From NCBI RefSeq assembly GCF_006345805.1, contig NC_043022.1, positions 7,316,001 through 7,380,000 on the forward strand: DNA of 64,000 nucleotides, in the 5' to 3' direction. Below the pieces are notes generated by a model. That model ran no database searches, was not told the DNA's origin, and saw only the letters and a program-made list of their open reading frames with translations. The DNA comes from Octopus sinensis (taxonomy: Eukaryota). How positions within the stretch are numbered: position 1 is the stretch's first letter; each line of letters opens with the position of its first letter. Shown piece by piece: positions 26,150-36,984 of the stretch. Position numbers and translations under genes: made by a program.

Positions 26150-26465
26150 TTACGTATTTTGTATTCTTATTCGTGCTATCATTATTGTTTTGTACGTATT
26201 TTTGTATTTTTATTCGTGTAACATCGTCCGTTTTCCGTTCCTGTGTTGTATACATTCGAGGCTTTCTTCCAAGGAATCTAATGCGCTTGGCTTAGATTTC
26301 CCTTGGGGGCTGCCCAGATCGGAGCAATCTCAAGATTAATCAGCCGAAATTGCGAAGATGATCCGGTTCTTGACTGATGATTGAGGGCTTCGAATGTCCC
26401 GTCCGTGTTTTTGTGTCGTCTTCTAAATGTTTCACGTTCTTGTCCCAGGTTGTATATTTTTTTAC

Positions 26466-26470
<5 letters not shown>
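26150..26470 (+). mobile_element. Dispersed repeat family P2, Penelope-like terminus candidate
   Basis: Homologous to 36580-36920 (minus). Flanked by TA/CA microsatellites and carries a hammerhead-like motif. Confidence 0.5.
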
Positions 26471-26548
<78 letters not shown>

Positions 26549-26555
26549 TATATAG

Positions 26556-26632
<77 letters not shown>

Positions 26633-27055
26633 CACACACATGCATACATATCACATCTAATTGCTGAGGTATAATATACCTGAAGACAGGATTTCTTCCA
26701 TTCTTCTACATTCCGTGGCAGTGGTGGTGGTTGTAGAATTGTTGTTGCTGTTGGTGGTGGTGAACGTGTTTTTATTCCCGAATTCATATCTCCCCTTTGT
26801 AAGATTGTCGTATATGGTATGAGGGAGATTTAGCTTTTGTCTTTAGACCATAGGTTCTGAACCATGGCTCCTAGGGTTTTATGCTGTCCTTAAGCATCAA
26901 TCCGGCCCCTTGCCGTCTTCTCTTTATAAATACAATAAACTTTTCTTCAACTGAATTGTGTCCTTCAGATTTTGTCTTCTGGTGCGGTCCTTAAAAAGAT
27001 CCAGGTTTTGGATTTGTCCCGGGCAGTAAAAACTGCTTCAGACATTGTAGAATGG

Positions 27056-27089
<34 letters not shown>

Positions 27090-27424
27090 TGACACAAAGT
27101 GATGAGGCCATTGGAGTCTCTCTCCTACAATAAAATGTCGCCAAATACTATCTGCATCATGTCTTGAGCATTTGATGAATTCATCGTTGCGCAAGTGGAG
27201 ACGACGGTGAATGCCCATCCTGTTGGAGATACTGGACCTGAATCACTGATATCAATGGAGGAGAGGCATGGCCAAGTGGCCAGTAGTAGCTCTACCTACT
27301 TGGTAGAGGCAAAGAACCTCCGAATGACCCGTCTTTATTTTCTTTGTATCGTCTATATGGATGTTTTGTTGTCCCTTTTTTGTATCACCTAACTGTCTGG
27401 ATGTTTTGCGTTCTTGCCCCATTT

Positions 27425-27515
<91 letters not shown>

Positions 27516-27530
27516 ATATATATATATATA

Positions 27531-27925
27531 CTAGCAGTATCGCCCGGCGTTGCTCGGGTTTTTAAGGGAAATAACTATATAAGCATTTTTAGAGAGTTAT
27601 GGCCAAAAAATAGCAAAAAAATGCATTAAAAATGGAAAAAAATGATGGTAAATTTTTTTTAAACGTTGACTCATCGTAGACATTTTTAGAGAGTTACTTC
27701 CCTTATATAATAATGAAAAATGCATTAAAATGGAAAAAAATGATGTTAATTTTTTTTTTAATCGTAGACTCATCGTAGACGCGCGCTAATACCCAGAAAG
27801 GCTCGATATGAATCACGACTATAAGATACCCGCTTTTGGTTAAACTGCACCGCAAAATGTGGGAGTAGTTAGGAATCTAAATCGTAGGAGACAGACAGCA
27901 CACAACTTCACTTTTATATATAAAC
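27531..27925 (-). mobile_element. Non-autonomous Helitron, variant H2
   Basis: Same 3' end (about 120 bp) as H1 but a different 5' part, with an internal duplication of about 60 bp. Confidence 0.85.
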
Positions 27926-27936
27926 ATATATAAATA

Positions 27937-28101
27937 GGCGCAGGAGTGGCTGTGTGGTAAGTAGCTTGTCTACCAACCACATGGTTCCGGGTTCAGTCCC
28001 ACTGCGTGGCACCTTGGGCAAGTGTCTTCTACAATAGCCTCGGGCCGACCAAAGCCTTTTGAGTGGATTTGGTAGACGGAAACTGAAAGAAGCCCGTCGT
28101 A

Positions 28102-28155
<54 letters not shown>

Positions 28156-28370
28156 TGTGTTGTTTGTGTGTCTGTTGTCCCCTAGCATTGCTTGACAACC
28201 GATGCTGGTGTGTTTATGTCCCCGTTACTTAGCGGTTCGCCAAAAACGACCGATAGAATAAGTACTGGGCTTACAAAAGAATAAGTCCCGGGGTCGAGTT
28301 GCTCGATTAAAGGCGGTGCTCCAGCATGGCCGCAGTCAAATGACTGAAACAAGTAAAAGAGTAAAAGAGT
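27937..28370 (+). mobile_element. SINE family A, full length
   Basis: Head and tail intact. Confidence 0.92.
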
Positions 28371-28591
28371 ATATATATAAAATGTACTTCAGATCCAGTT
28401 GAATTAGGTGCTTAAATTGGGGCAGTTTGTTAGGACGAACTAATTTGCCCACTCAGACAATATCAGGTGACTATTAAACTCTACATAGAAACCACCACCA
28501 CCCGATATTCTTGTAGTGTATGCCGATGGCACGACCCAGCTTAGTGAATAAACCCGCTCTTGTTTGTTCAGACATGCACTTTATATAAAAA

Positions 28592-29010
28592 CTAGCAGCA
28601 TAGCCCGGCGTTGCCCGGGTATGTAAGAGCCCCTAGTAGGCAACGACTAATCCCAATCTAGTCCTTTCCCTCTAGGGAACGAAGGCGCATGTGTAGGTTG
28701 CAATGTCTTCTCTTCACTCGAATACTTCTGTGTATACAATGTTCCTAGCTGTCGAGTTGTGTCCCCTAGACAGAAAATGTGTTGCATATAAAAAGCTTAG
28801 ATTCTCGACCCCATGTCGAATTTATCGATTTTTTTCAGAACTGGGGGAACTTTTCAAAATTTTCGCTGCGTTAGTTTTGAATTATGACATTGGGCTATGT
28901 GTGTGTCAAGTTTCATCAGAATCGGTTGAAAGCCGTGGTCAGGGTGAGGGTACAACCTGACAGACACACAGACACGCAGACAGACAAACTGTCGTTTATA
29001 TAGAGAGAGA
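28592..29010 (-). mobile_element. Non-autonomous Helitron, variant H3
   Basis: Same 5' part (about 210 bp) as H1, a different 3' half, hairpin CCCGGGCAACGCCGGG plus CTAG, and A/T flanks. Confidence 0.88.
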
Positions 29011-29116
29011 TACTTTCCATAATGATTCCGAAGTACAGATTCCAGGGTAGGTGAGTAAAATATAAACGGGTAACAAAGATGTATAAGTGTCAGTTCATGA
29101 ATCGATACTTGTACAT

Positions 29117-29520
29117 CTTTACTCTTTCTCTTTTACTTGTTTCAGTCATTTGACTGCGGCCATGCTGGAGCACCGCCTTTAATCGAGGAACTCGACCCCG
29201 GGACTTATTCTTTGTAAGCCCAGTACTTATTCTATCGGTCTCTTTTTGCCGAACCGCTAAGTAACGGGGACATAAACACACCAGCATCGGTTGTCAAGCA
29301 ATGCTGGGGGACAAACACAGACACACAAACACACGCGCATATATATATACATATATACGACAGGCTTCTTTCAGTTTCCGTCTACCAAATCCACTCACAA
29401 GGCTTTGGTCGGCCCGAGGCTATAGTAGAAGACACTTGCCCAAGGTGCCACGCAGTGGGACTGAACCCGGAACCATGTGGTTGATAGACAAGCTACTTAC
29501 CACACAGCCACTCCTGCGCC
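29117..29520 (-). mobile_element. SINE family A, full length
   Basis: Head and tail intact. Confidence 0.92.
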
Positions 29521-29877
29521 TACTTTGTTACTCTTTGTTAATCATTTATAGATTACTTAGATAAGTTTCGGCCGAAGTTGGCCCAGGTCATGTCTAATTT
29601 AATAGCAACACCTGGAAGAGATACACAGTCAGCTCTTGGGCACCATAGCGCATTCAAGCAGAGAGTTATTGTTTTCAGAAACATATCCGGGTGTGGGTGG
29701 TTTGTCTGGTAGTTGTTGGAGATAATCATCTAGGGAATGCCGTGAAATCACTTTCCTCTTTTATGTGGGCTGACACGATGTTGAAGAGAGCAGGACCAGT
29801 TGAGGTGAAATAGTTCTGTCATAGTGTTTTGATACGACACGAACCTGATTTCTGCCTCGGATGAATTTTAAAGATGA

Positions 29878-30261
29878 CTAGCAGTATCGCCCGGCGTTGC
29901 TCGGGTTTGTAAGGGAAATAACTATAAAGCATTTTTAGAGAGTTATAGCCAAAAAATAGCAAAAAAATGGGAAAAAAATGATGGTAAATTTTTTTTGACA
30001 GTTAAAAAGGTCGAATTGCGTCCCCTAGACAGTCTGTGGTTTGTGTTTCTGATTCTCGACCCCATATCGAATTTATCGATTTTTTTCAGAACTGGGGGAA
30101 CTTTTCAAAATTTTCGCTGCGTTAGTTTTGAATTATGACATTGGGCTATGTGTGTGTCAAGTTTCATCAGAATCGGTTGAAAGCCGTGGTCAGGGTGAGG
30201 GTACAACCTGACAGACACACAGACACGCAGACAGACAAACTGCCGTTTATATAGAGAGAGA
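29878..30261 (-). mobile_element. Non-autonomous Helitron H1 inserted in CR1 ORF2
   Basis: Precise removal gives ATAGGTA|TCATCTTT (N-D-I-G-I-I-F-K), so the target is AT with no TSD. Confidence 0.96.
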
Positions 30262-30488
30262 TACCTATATCATTCGGGCAATGTTGATGGAATATTTTCC
30301 ACATCATACAGATGATGTAGCGCTACGGTGGCGTTGGAGGGAGTAAAGCCCGAGCTTTTTGAGTCGATCTCAATAGTCAAGGATTGCCATGTCATCTACT
30401 TTTGTGTTCGATCTCTGGGGAATTATAATTTTCATAATATTCTGTATCGCGTGGGGGGACCACAGGGAACAACGGTATTCAAGGTGAA

Positions 30489-30901
30489 GGCGGCAAGCTG
30501 GCAGAAACGTTAGCACGCCGGGCGAAATGCTTAGCGGTATTTCGTCTGCGTTACGTTGTGAGTTCAAATTCCGCCGAGGTCGACTTTGCCTTTCATCCTT
30601 TCGGGGTCGATAAATTAAGTACCAGTTACGCACTGGGGTCGATGTAATCGACTTAATACCTATGTCTGTCCTTGTTTGTTCCCTCTATGTTTAGCCCCTT
30701 GTGGGTAATAAAGAAATAGGTATTTCGTCTGCGTTACGTTGTGAGTTCAAATTCCGCCGAGGTCGACTTTGCCTTTCATCCTTTCGGGGTCGATAAATTA
30801 AGTACCAGTTACGCACTGGGGTCGATGTAATCGACTTAATACCTATGTCTGTCCTTGTTTGTCCCCTCTGTGTTTAGCCCCTTGTGGGTAATAAAGAAAT
30901 A
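30489..30901 (+). mobile_element. SINE-B1 head-to-tail dimer (182-bp repeat unit)
   Basis: Units start GGTATTTCGTCTG at 30537 and 30719. TSD GGTATTCAAGGTGAA at 30474 and 30902. Confidence 0.95.
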
Positions 30902-32204
30902 GGTATTCAAGGTGAAGGCAAGCAAAAGTAGAGAAAAGTAGGGTAATGGTAGGGGTGTCTCTAGACCGGAAAGTCCTGCGGGTCCAGGAGCACGCCCTGT
31001 GAGCCACGTCGACTTTGCTGTTTATGTGAGCACTCCAGCTTATTTTGTTGTTAACAGTAACACCCAAGCCTCTAGCAGTGCTGGATGCCACGAGGGTTTC
31101 GCCCGAGGGAAGAGTGTATGGTTGTTGAAATGCAGTCTCTTTACCGAAGTGGATTAGGTTGAATTTTTCTCGTTTAGCTACATTTTATGTTTCTCCGCCT
31201 TTTGGATAACAGCTAACAGGTCAGGTTGCAGATTTGTCTGGTCTTCAACCCTGTCAACAACCTTCACTAACTTAGAGTCATCCGCAAAAATATGCATGCT
31301 ACTGGGTTTAATGATGTCAGTGATGTCGTTAATATAAATTATGAATAGGAGCGGACCCAATACAGTGCCTTGTGGGGCTCCACTTATAACCCTGGCTGAG
31401 GTCGATCGGATACCATCAATCACCAGAAAACATTTAATCCAAGTTAACAGTTTTCCTCGGGCTCCAATGTTGGACAGTTTCTTTAACAGAATTCAGTGAT
31501 CAACCCTCTCAAAGGCTTTGCTGAAGTCACAGTTTATGACATCTGCATTGGAATTCTTTCCCATGGCCTTTAAGATGTCACTGAAATGAAGCAAGAGCTG
31601 TGTCGAGCAGTCTCTTCCACTACAGAAGCCCTGTTGGTTGGGCATAATCAGGCTGTTAGATTCCAAGAAGTGAGTTACCCCAGATCTCACCACTCTCTCA
31701 AATAATTTGATGATATGAGAGGTAAGTGAGATCGGTCGGTAGTTCATGGTGAGTGATTTTTTTGCTTTTCTTGAAAACTGCGGTAATCGCTTGAGAAAGG
31801 AAATTTTCAGGGATATAACTCGCATCCATTGATTTTCGTCGGAGAGTACCTAAAGAGAGAGCTGACTGGAATCGGCTCTCCTTCAGGACTCTTGTAGCGA
31901 GGAATCTGTCGGGGCCTACGGCTGAGTTGTTCTTTATTTTGTTAATAGCTGCTATGATGTCCAAGGCATCAAATGATAAGTCAGAAAGAGTGTGCTGTGG
32001 GTTTTCTTTTTTTTTTTTCATATATGTTGGCCGAGTTAACAATACTGGGATTGCTGAAAGCAGAGCAGTATTGTTTCTGCAGAATCACAACTATGTCTTC
32101 TGCAGTACTATGGAGTGTGTTGTCTACGGCAAACAGAAGTCCGACAGATGAGATAGCGACCTTATATCTTTTGGCGAATGAGAAGAAGGCTTATAGACTA
32201 TATA

Positions 32205-32388
32205 TATATATATAAAGTTCATCCAAACAAGAAAACACAGAAAAAACACAGAAAAAAACACAGCAACGCGAGGACGTGGAACAATTTAAGTATTATTTGA
32301 CGCTCAGGAAAGAAGGGAAGGAGGGTTTAACGTTTCGAGCGGAGCTCTTCGTCGGGAACAAGAAGGAAAGATCCCGAGAAGGGAAGAC

Positions 32389-32390
<2 letters not shown>
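32205..32390 (-). mobile_element. Penelope-like terminal repeat fragment P3 with a minimal hammerhead-like motif
   Basis: Minus strand reads CCGACGA-A-GAGC-TCC-GCTC-GAAACGTTAAAC, then a U-rich tail ending at (TA)n. Confidence 0.55.
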
Positions 32391-32426
<36 letters not shown>

Positions 32427-32483
32427 GAAATATTAAAATTACTAAGTCTCTCTAAAAGAGAACAACGGCAGCGTTCCCGGAAA

Positions 32484-32587
32484 ATATTAGTTATCGCCAT
32501 ACTAATATGGCCTCATGGAGCTAATAAGCGGTCAGCTTTATTCTTATTTTTATAAGAATGCCATATTAGTATGGCGATAACTAATAT
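32484..32587. repeat. Perfect 28-bp inverted repeat with a 48-nt spacer
   Basis: ATATTAGTTATCGCCATACTAATATGGC at 32484-32511 and its reverse complement at 32560-32587. Confidence 0.95.
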
Positions 32588-32897
32588 ATATATACCAATT
32601 AAGGACTGAACACGAAAAGGTGGACAGTCAACATGCTAGATATAGACGTCAAATCGCCATTCTCCACAAAGATTTTGTTCTCAAATAAAAATAAAATTCA
32701 GCACGACCTAAAGCAATGGATGAGACAAAGAAAAATACTTCCATTTAGTATTTTTTTTTGTCTCATCCATTGCTTTAGGTCGTGCTGAATTTTATTTTTA
32801 TTTGAGAACAAAATCTTTGTGGAGAATGGCGATTTGACGTCTTATCTAGCATGTTGACTGTCCACCTTTTCGTGTTCAGTCCTTAATTGGTATATAT
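32586..32897. repeat. Near-perfect foldback palindrome with 150-bp arms and a 7-nt loop
   Basis: The arms differ by 1 mismatch and 1 indel. Loop TCCATTT at 32740-32746. Confidence 0.96.
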
Positions 32898-33033
32898 AAA
32901 TATTTTAATCTTCGGATTCTTTTTAATGTGCTAGACCACTGGTTTTAATTGACTAATATCAATTTCTACCCTTAATTTTTAAATAATATATAATATATAT
33001 ACGGCTTATATCTTTTGGCGAATGAGAAGAAGG

Positions 33034-33078
<45 letters not shown>

Positions 33079-33311
33079 CGACCCGACTTTTTGTCCGATG
33101 TCGCTTTGTCCAACATCACTTCGTCCACGTCTTTTCGTCCGACGTCATTTTATCCGATGATTTTTTTGTTCGACGACTTCTTGTCCAATTTTAAATAAAC
33201 TCTCTAGAAAACAAAGTGAACATGAAAATCAAAGAATCATCGAGAATTTTATTGATAGGATTCAAGTAAAATACCGTGGAAAAAAAGTCATTTTAAAATA
33301 ATAAGATATAA

Positions 33312-33726
33312 GGCGCAGGAGTGGCTGTGTGGTAAGTAGATTGTTTACCAACCACATGGTTCCGGGTTCAGTCCCACTGCGTGGCATCTTGGGCAAGTGT
33401 CTTCTGCTATAGCCTCGGGCCGACCAAAGCCTTGTGAGTGGATTTGGTAGACGGAAACTGAAAGAAGCCCGTCGTATATATGTATATATGTGTGCGTGTG
33501 TGTGTTTGTGTATCTGTGTTTGTCCCCCTAGCATTGTTTGACAACCGATGCTGGTGTGTTTATGTCCCCGTCACTTTGCGGTTCGGCAAAAGAGACCAAT
33601 AGAATAAGTAAGGGCTTACAAAAGAATAAATCCCGGGGTCGAGTTGCTCGATTAAAGGCGGTGCTCCAGCATGGCCGCAGTCAAATGACTGAAACAAGTA
33701 AAAAGTAAAAGAGAGTAAAAGAGAGT
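33312..33726 (+). mobile_element. SINE family A inside the MULE
   Basis: Head and tail intact. Confidence 0.92.
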
Positions 33727-34074
33727 ATAACTAATGATTTATTATAATCACTTAAAATTGATGCAAATTATATGCCACACTCTTCAGAAAATCAATTTTC
33801 TTTTTTTGTTGACCCATATTCAATGAACAATCTTTTGAGGCGTTCAGTTATTCTTCGATATCGTTTACATGAATATGGCGGATCTCCTCTAAGAATTTTA
33901 GTCATTTTACCTTGAACGAACCCTTTCTCTTCCTTCGGAGTTTCGATTAATTTTCAAATATTCAAATGTGCTCCACCTGCCGAACACTTTATCGCTGAAT
34001 GAAACCCCTCCGCAGCATTATTTGTTCTGGGAGGATCTTGAAGAATACACTGATTACTTTATTCTCTTGAAAAA

Positions 34075-34445
34075 CGCCGCCGCCGTGGTGATCTCATTCT
34101 CGCCCACAACATCATAAGCGGAAAGTGTAACCTCTCGAAAGAGCTGTTCTTCACTCCTGCTCCAGAGCGTCGGCTGCGGGGTCATTCCGAAAAGCTCTAC
34201 CTGCGACGATTTCATCTCAATCGAAGGAGAGGAGCTTTCCTTCTCCGTCCGGTTGCGGATCCGTGGAACAAGCTGCCAGACGAGATGGTGAAGATGCCGA
34301 CGACCGCTTTGTTCAAAGCCTCCCTGACCTCAAGTGGCCTGAACTCTTTACATGAACACCACCCTGTACTAACAACTCCATGTCCCCCTACATGGCCTTG
34401 CTATTTGCTTTTGAGCCAAATTAACTAACTAACTAACTAACTAAC
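34075..34445 (+). mobile_element. 3' fragment of a second CR1 family inside the MULE
   Basis: RRRRGDLILAHNII...RLRGHSEKL...WNKLPDEMV...FK, then CATGGCC and an (ACTA)n tail. Confidence 0.85.
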
Positions 34446-34632
34446 ATACAACTATCAGGAATGTAAGTGGTTCTCTCCTTCGTCTAGCACCACGTCCCCT
34501 CACAACGCCAATGTAAATCAAATCGAAGTAAGCGATGAATGCAGCCGGCATTTCTTCATCGTCTATTAATTCTTCATAGACCTCTTCGACCGTAATGCAA
34601 AGACCCGTGGGAAACTATTACATTTAACTTGT

Positions 34633-34949
34633 CATCATCATCATTGTTCGACCGTGGTCGAGACAATGGAATTTACCATGCTACGCCAGACTTCACGGTC
34701 CATCATGGCATTACGGAGGTCCTGTTGCTGGATGCCTGTATCCCTGGAGATTACATCAGGGTAGGAGAGTGTGCGCCCTCTGGTATTGCGAGTAGATGGC
34801 TTCCAGAGGAGAAGAGGAGAAATTACTTCTTTTTCAGCTCTACAACAATGTCCAGCAAACTGGACTCTCCTACCTTTCACAAGAGATGACACAGGTGGTA
34901 GTTTCCCATATATTTGCATTTTGGTTGGATGGCGCTTCCACAAGAGATT
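34633..34949 (-). mobile_element. RTE-clade LINE 3' fragment
   Basis: 10-bp TSD TTTAACTTGT at 34623 and 34950, with a (TGA)n tail. Confidence 0.92.
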
Positions 34950-35326
34950 TTTAACTTGTACGTGAATGCTAAACAGTCGAAACCAGTGTTCTGGCACAAT
35001 TTTGAACGCTCCATCACACGCCCGGTGACGATATGATGTATCCCGAACAGCACTTTCTGATGCCAATACTAGTATGCGTTGTTGATCCATGATACCCGAA
35101 TCGTATCTCAGAAACTGTTCGCCATTATCAACTTTACAATATTCTTCAAATATTTCAAAACCAGTACTAGTCCCTGGATTAGCAGGAAATCCAGAATTTC
35201 TTTGACGGTACCTTTGAATAATCCTGGAAAGTGCAGGCAAACGAGGAAGTTGTGAGCAAATATTTTCTGTTGGCTGCGCAAACTTAGCCGCCATTACGCT
35301 ACGCGAACATGCTGCTATGTTTTCCA

Positions 35327-35820
35327 GCCTGTAATGATATGCATAAAATCTGGTCATCAAATCTAAGTAGAGACTTCAAACTTGAAATATTCAAAGCCAC
35401 AGTCGAACAAATTCTACTATATGACTCAGAAACCTGGACGTTATCAAAGAAGCTTGAGAGGCGTTGGATGGAACCTACACTCGCCTCCTTATGAGAGCTA
35501 AAAATCTCTCGTGGAAGCGCCATCCAACCTAAATGCAAAATATATGGGAAACTACCACCTGTGTCATCTCTTGTGAAAGGTAGGAGAGTCCAGTTTGCTG
35601 GACATTGTTGTAGAGCTGAAAAAGAGGTAATTTCTACTCTTCTCCTCTGGAAGCCATCTACTCGCAATACCAGAGGGCGCACACTCTCCTACCCTGATGT
35701 AATCTCCAGGGATACAGGCATCCAGCAACAGGACCTCCGTAATGCTATGATGGGCCGTGAAGTCTGGCGTAACATAGTAAATTCCATTGTCTCGACCACG
35801 GTCGAACAATGATGATGATG
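35327..35820 (+). mobile_element. RTE-clade LINE 3' fragment of the same family
   Basis: 10-bp TSD ATGTTTTCCA at 35317 and 35821. Translates to KATVEQILLYDSETWTLSKKLERR...RRVQFAGHCCRA. Confidence 0.92.
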
Positions 35821-36579
35821 ATGTTTTCCACCGTTTCATGCTTTATTTCTGCAACTGCTTTTCTAGCATTTAACCAATCTACACTAGAAAAATAAATCAT
35901 TTTCGGCTCATTGGTTTCCATTACGGTGTGAATTCATACTGAACACAGCCTTGTTTTCTCACCCCCACCTCACCCCGTATTCTTTTCCTAGTTTTGTTTT
36001 GCTTGAATGAAATTCGTAGATGTAATTACTTTCATCAACGACTTTTCTTTTGTGTTTGGTCGATACTATGAACTTCGTCATTTCGGGATGAGTACCATGC
36101 GTTGACGAGAGGCAATTACCTTGAAACTATAGTCCGTATGTAGTACCTAGGTCTTCGAGGGAGGATGACCTCCCTTTGCAAATAACACAAGGACACTGAG
36201 ATAGTGTCTAAAGTCCATCTGGTGACGTTGATCACCTGGGGCTAAAAGCATCAGTAACACCCCACCCCCAGTGGCTAGCCACATTCAGATGGCTGGTACA
36301 CCTTACGTTGTTAAATTAAAAATGTGTATACTAAATTTGCAGCACTCTCTGTACACAGCACCGTATTCAAGAGAGAGAAGAAAAAAGAGGAAGTAAAACT
36401 GTTGACAGAGAAAGAAAAAGAACGATAATAACAATCCTATAACGAGGCTGGTTATAGTTCTGCGAATATAACATTAGAGATATTTCACCTTGTTTTCTAA
36501 AGAGTTTATATAAAATTGGACAAAAAAATCATCGGACAATAAGACGTCGGACGAAAAGACATAGTGCCATATATATGTA

Positions 36580-36920
36580 TAGAATTTAATATAAAATATA
36601 AATTACAAAGTGGGACAAGAACGCAAAAACACACAAGGAGACGACACAAAAAACCGACGGGTCACTCGAAGCCTCTAATCTTCAGTCGGGAACCGGATCA
36701 TCTTAGTGATTTCGGCTGTTTAATCTCGATATCACTCCGATCCGGCCAGCCCCAAGGAAAATCCAAGCCACAGGCATTGGATTTCTTGGAAAGAGGGTCG
36801 AATGTATACGGAACAAAGACAGGATTCCACACGAATGTAAATACAAGAAACAAAATTATATATAAAACAGAAATAAAAAACACGAAGGACAGGAGCGTCT
36901 TACGACTTTAGACAATATTT
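36580..36920 (-). mobile_element. Repeat family P2, second copy
   Basis: Homologous to 26150-26470, with (TA)n at both ends. Confidence 0.5.
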
Positions 36921-36984
36921 AACTTATATATATATATGAAGTTAAACGAATGACATGGGAACATGAATTACGTAAATAACTTCA

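Larger units (their letters stand above)
29550..32195 (-). mobile_element. 5'-truncated, decayed CR1-clade LINE with a nested Helitron and SINE dimer
   Basis: KAFFSFAKRY...YRPISLTSHIIKLFERVV...DFSKAFERVDH...SGAPQGTVLGPLLF...FADDSK...HLEY...NDIGI|IFKIHPR, and a 3' tail CATGACCTGGGCCAACTTCGGCCGAAAC. Confidence 0.92.
33076..36568 (-). mobile_element. Mutator-like (MULE) DNA transposon with a FLYWCH-like/MULE transposase pseudogene (CDS about 33752-36081)
   Basis: Imperfect TIRs with TTTTCGTCCGACGTC sub-repeats (33076-33220 and 36481-36568). Fragments VVDESNYIYEFH, ACDGAFKIVPEHWFRLFSIHVQVK|CNSFPRVFAL, EEVYEELIDDEEMPAAFIAYF, PRTNNAAEGFH and IDFLKSVAYNL* lie in the correct order. Confidence 0.85.
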
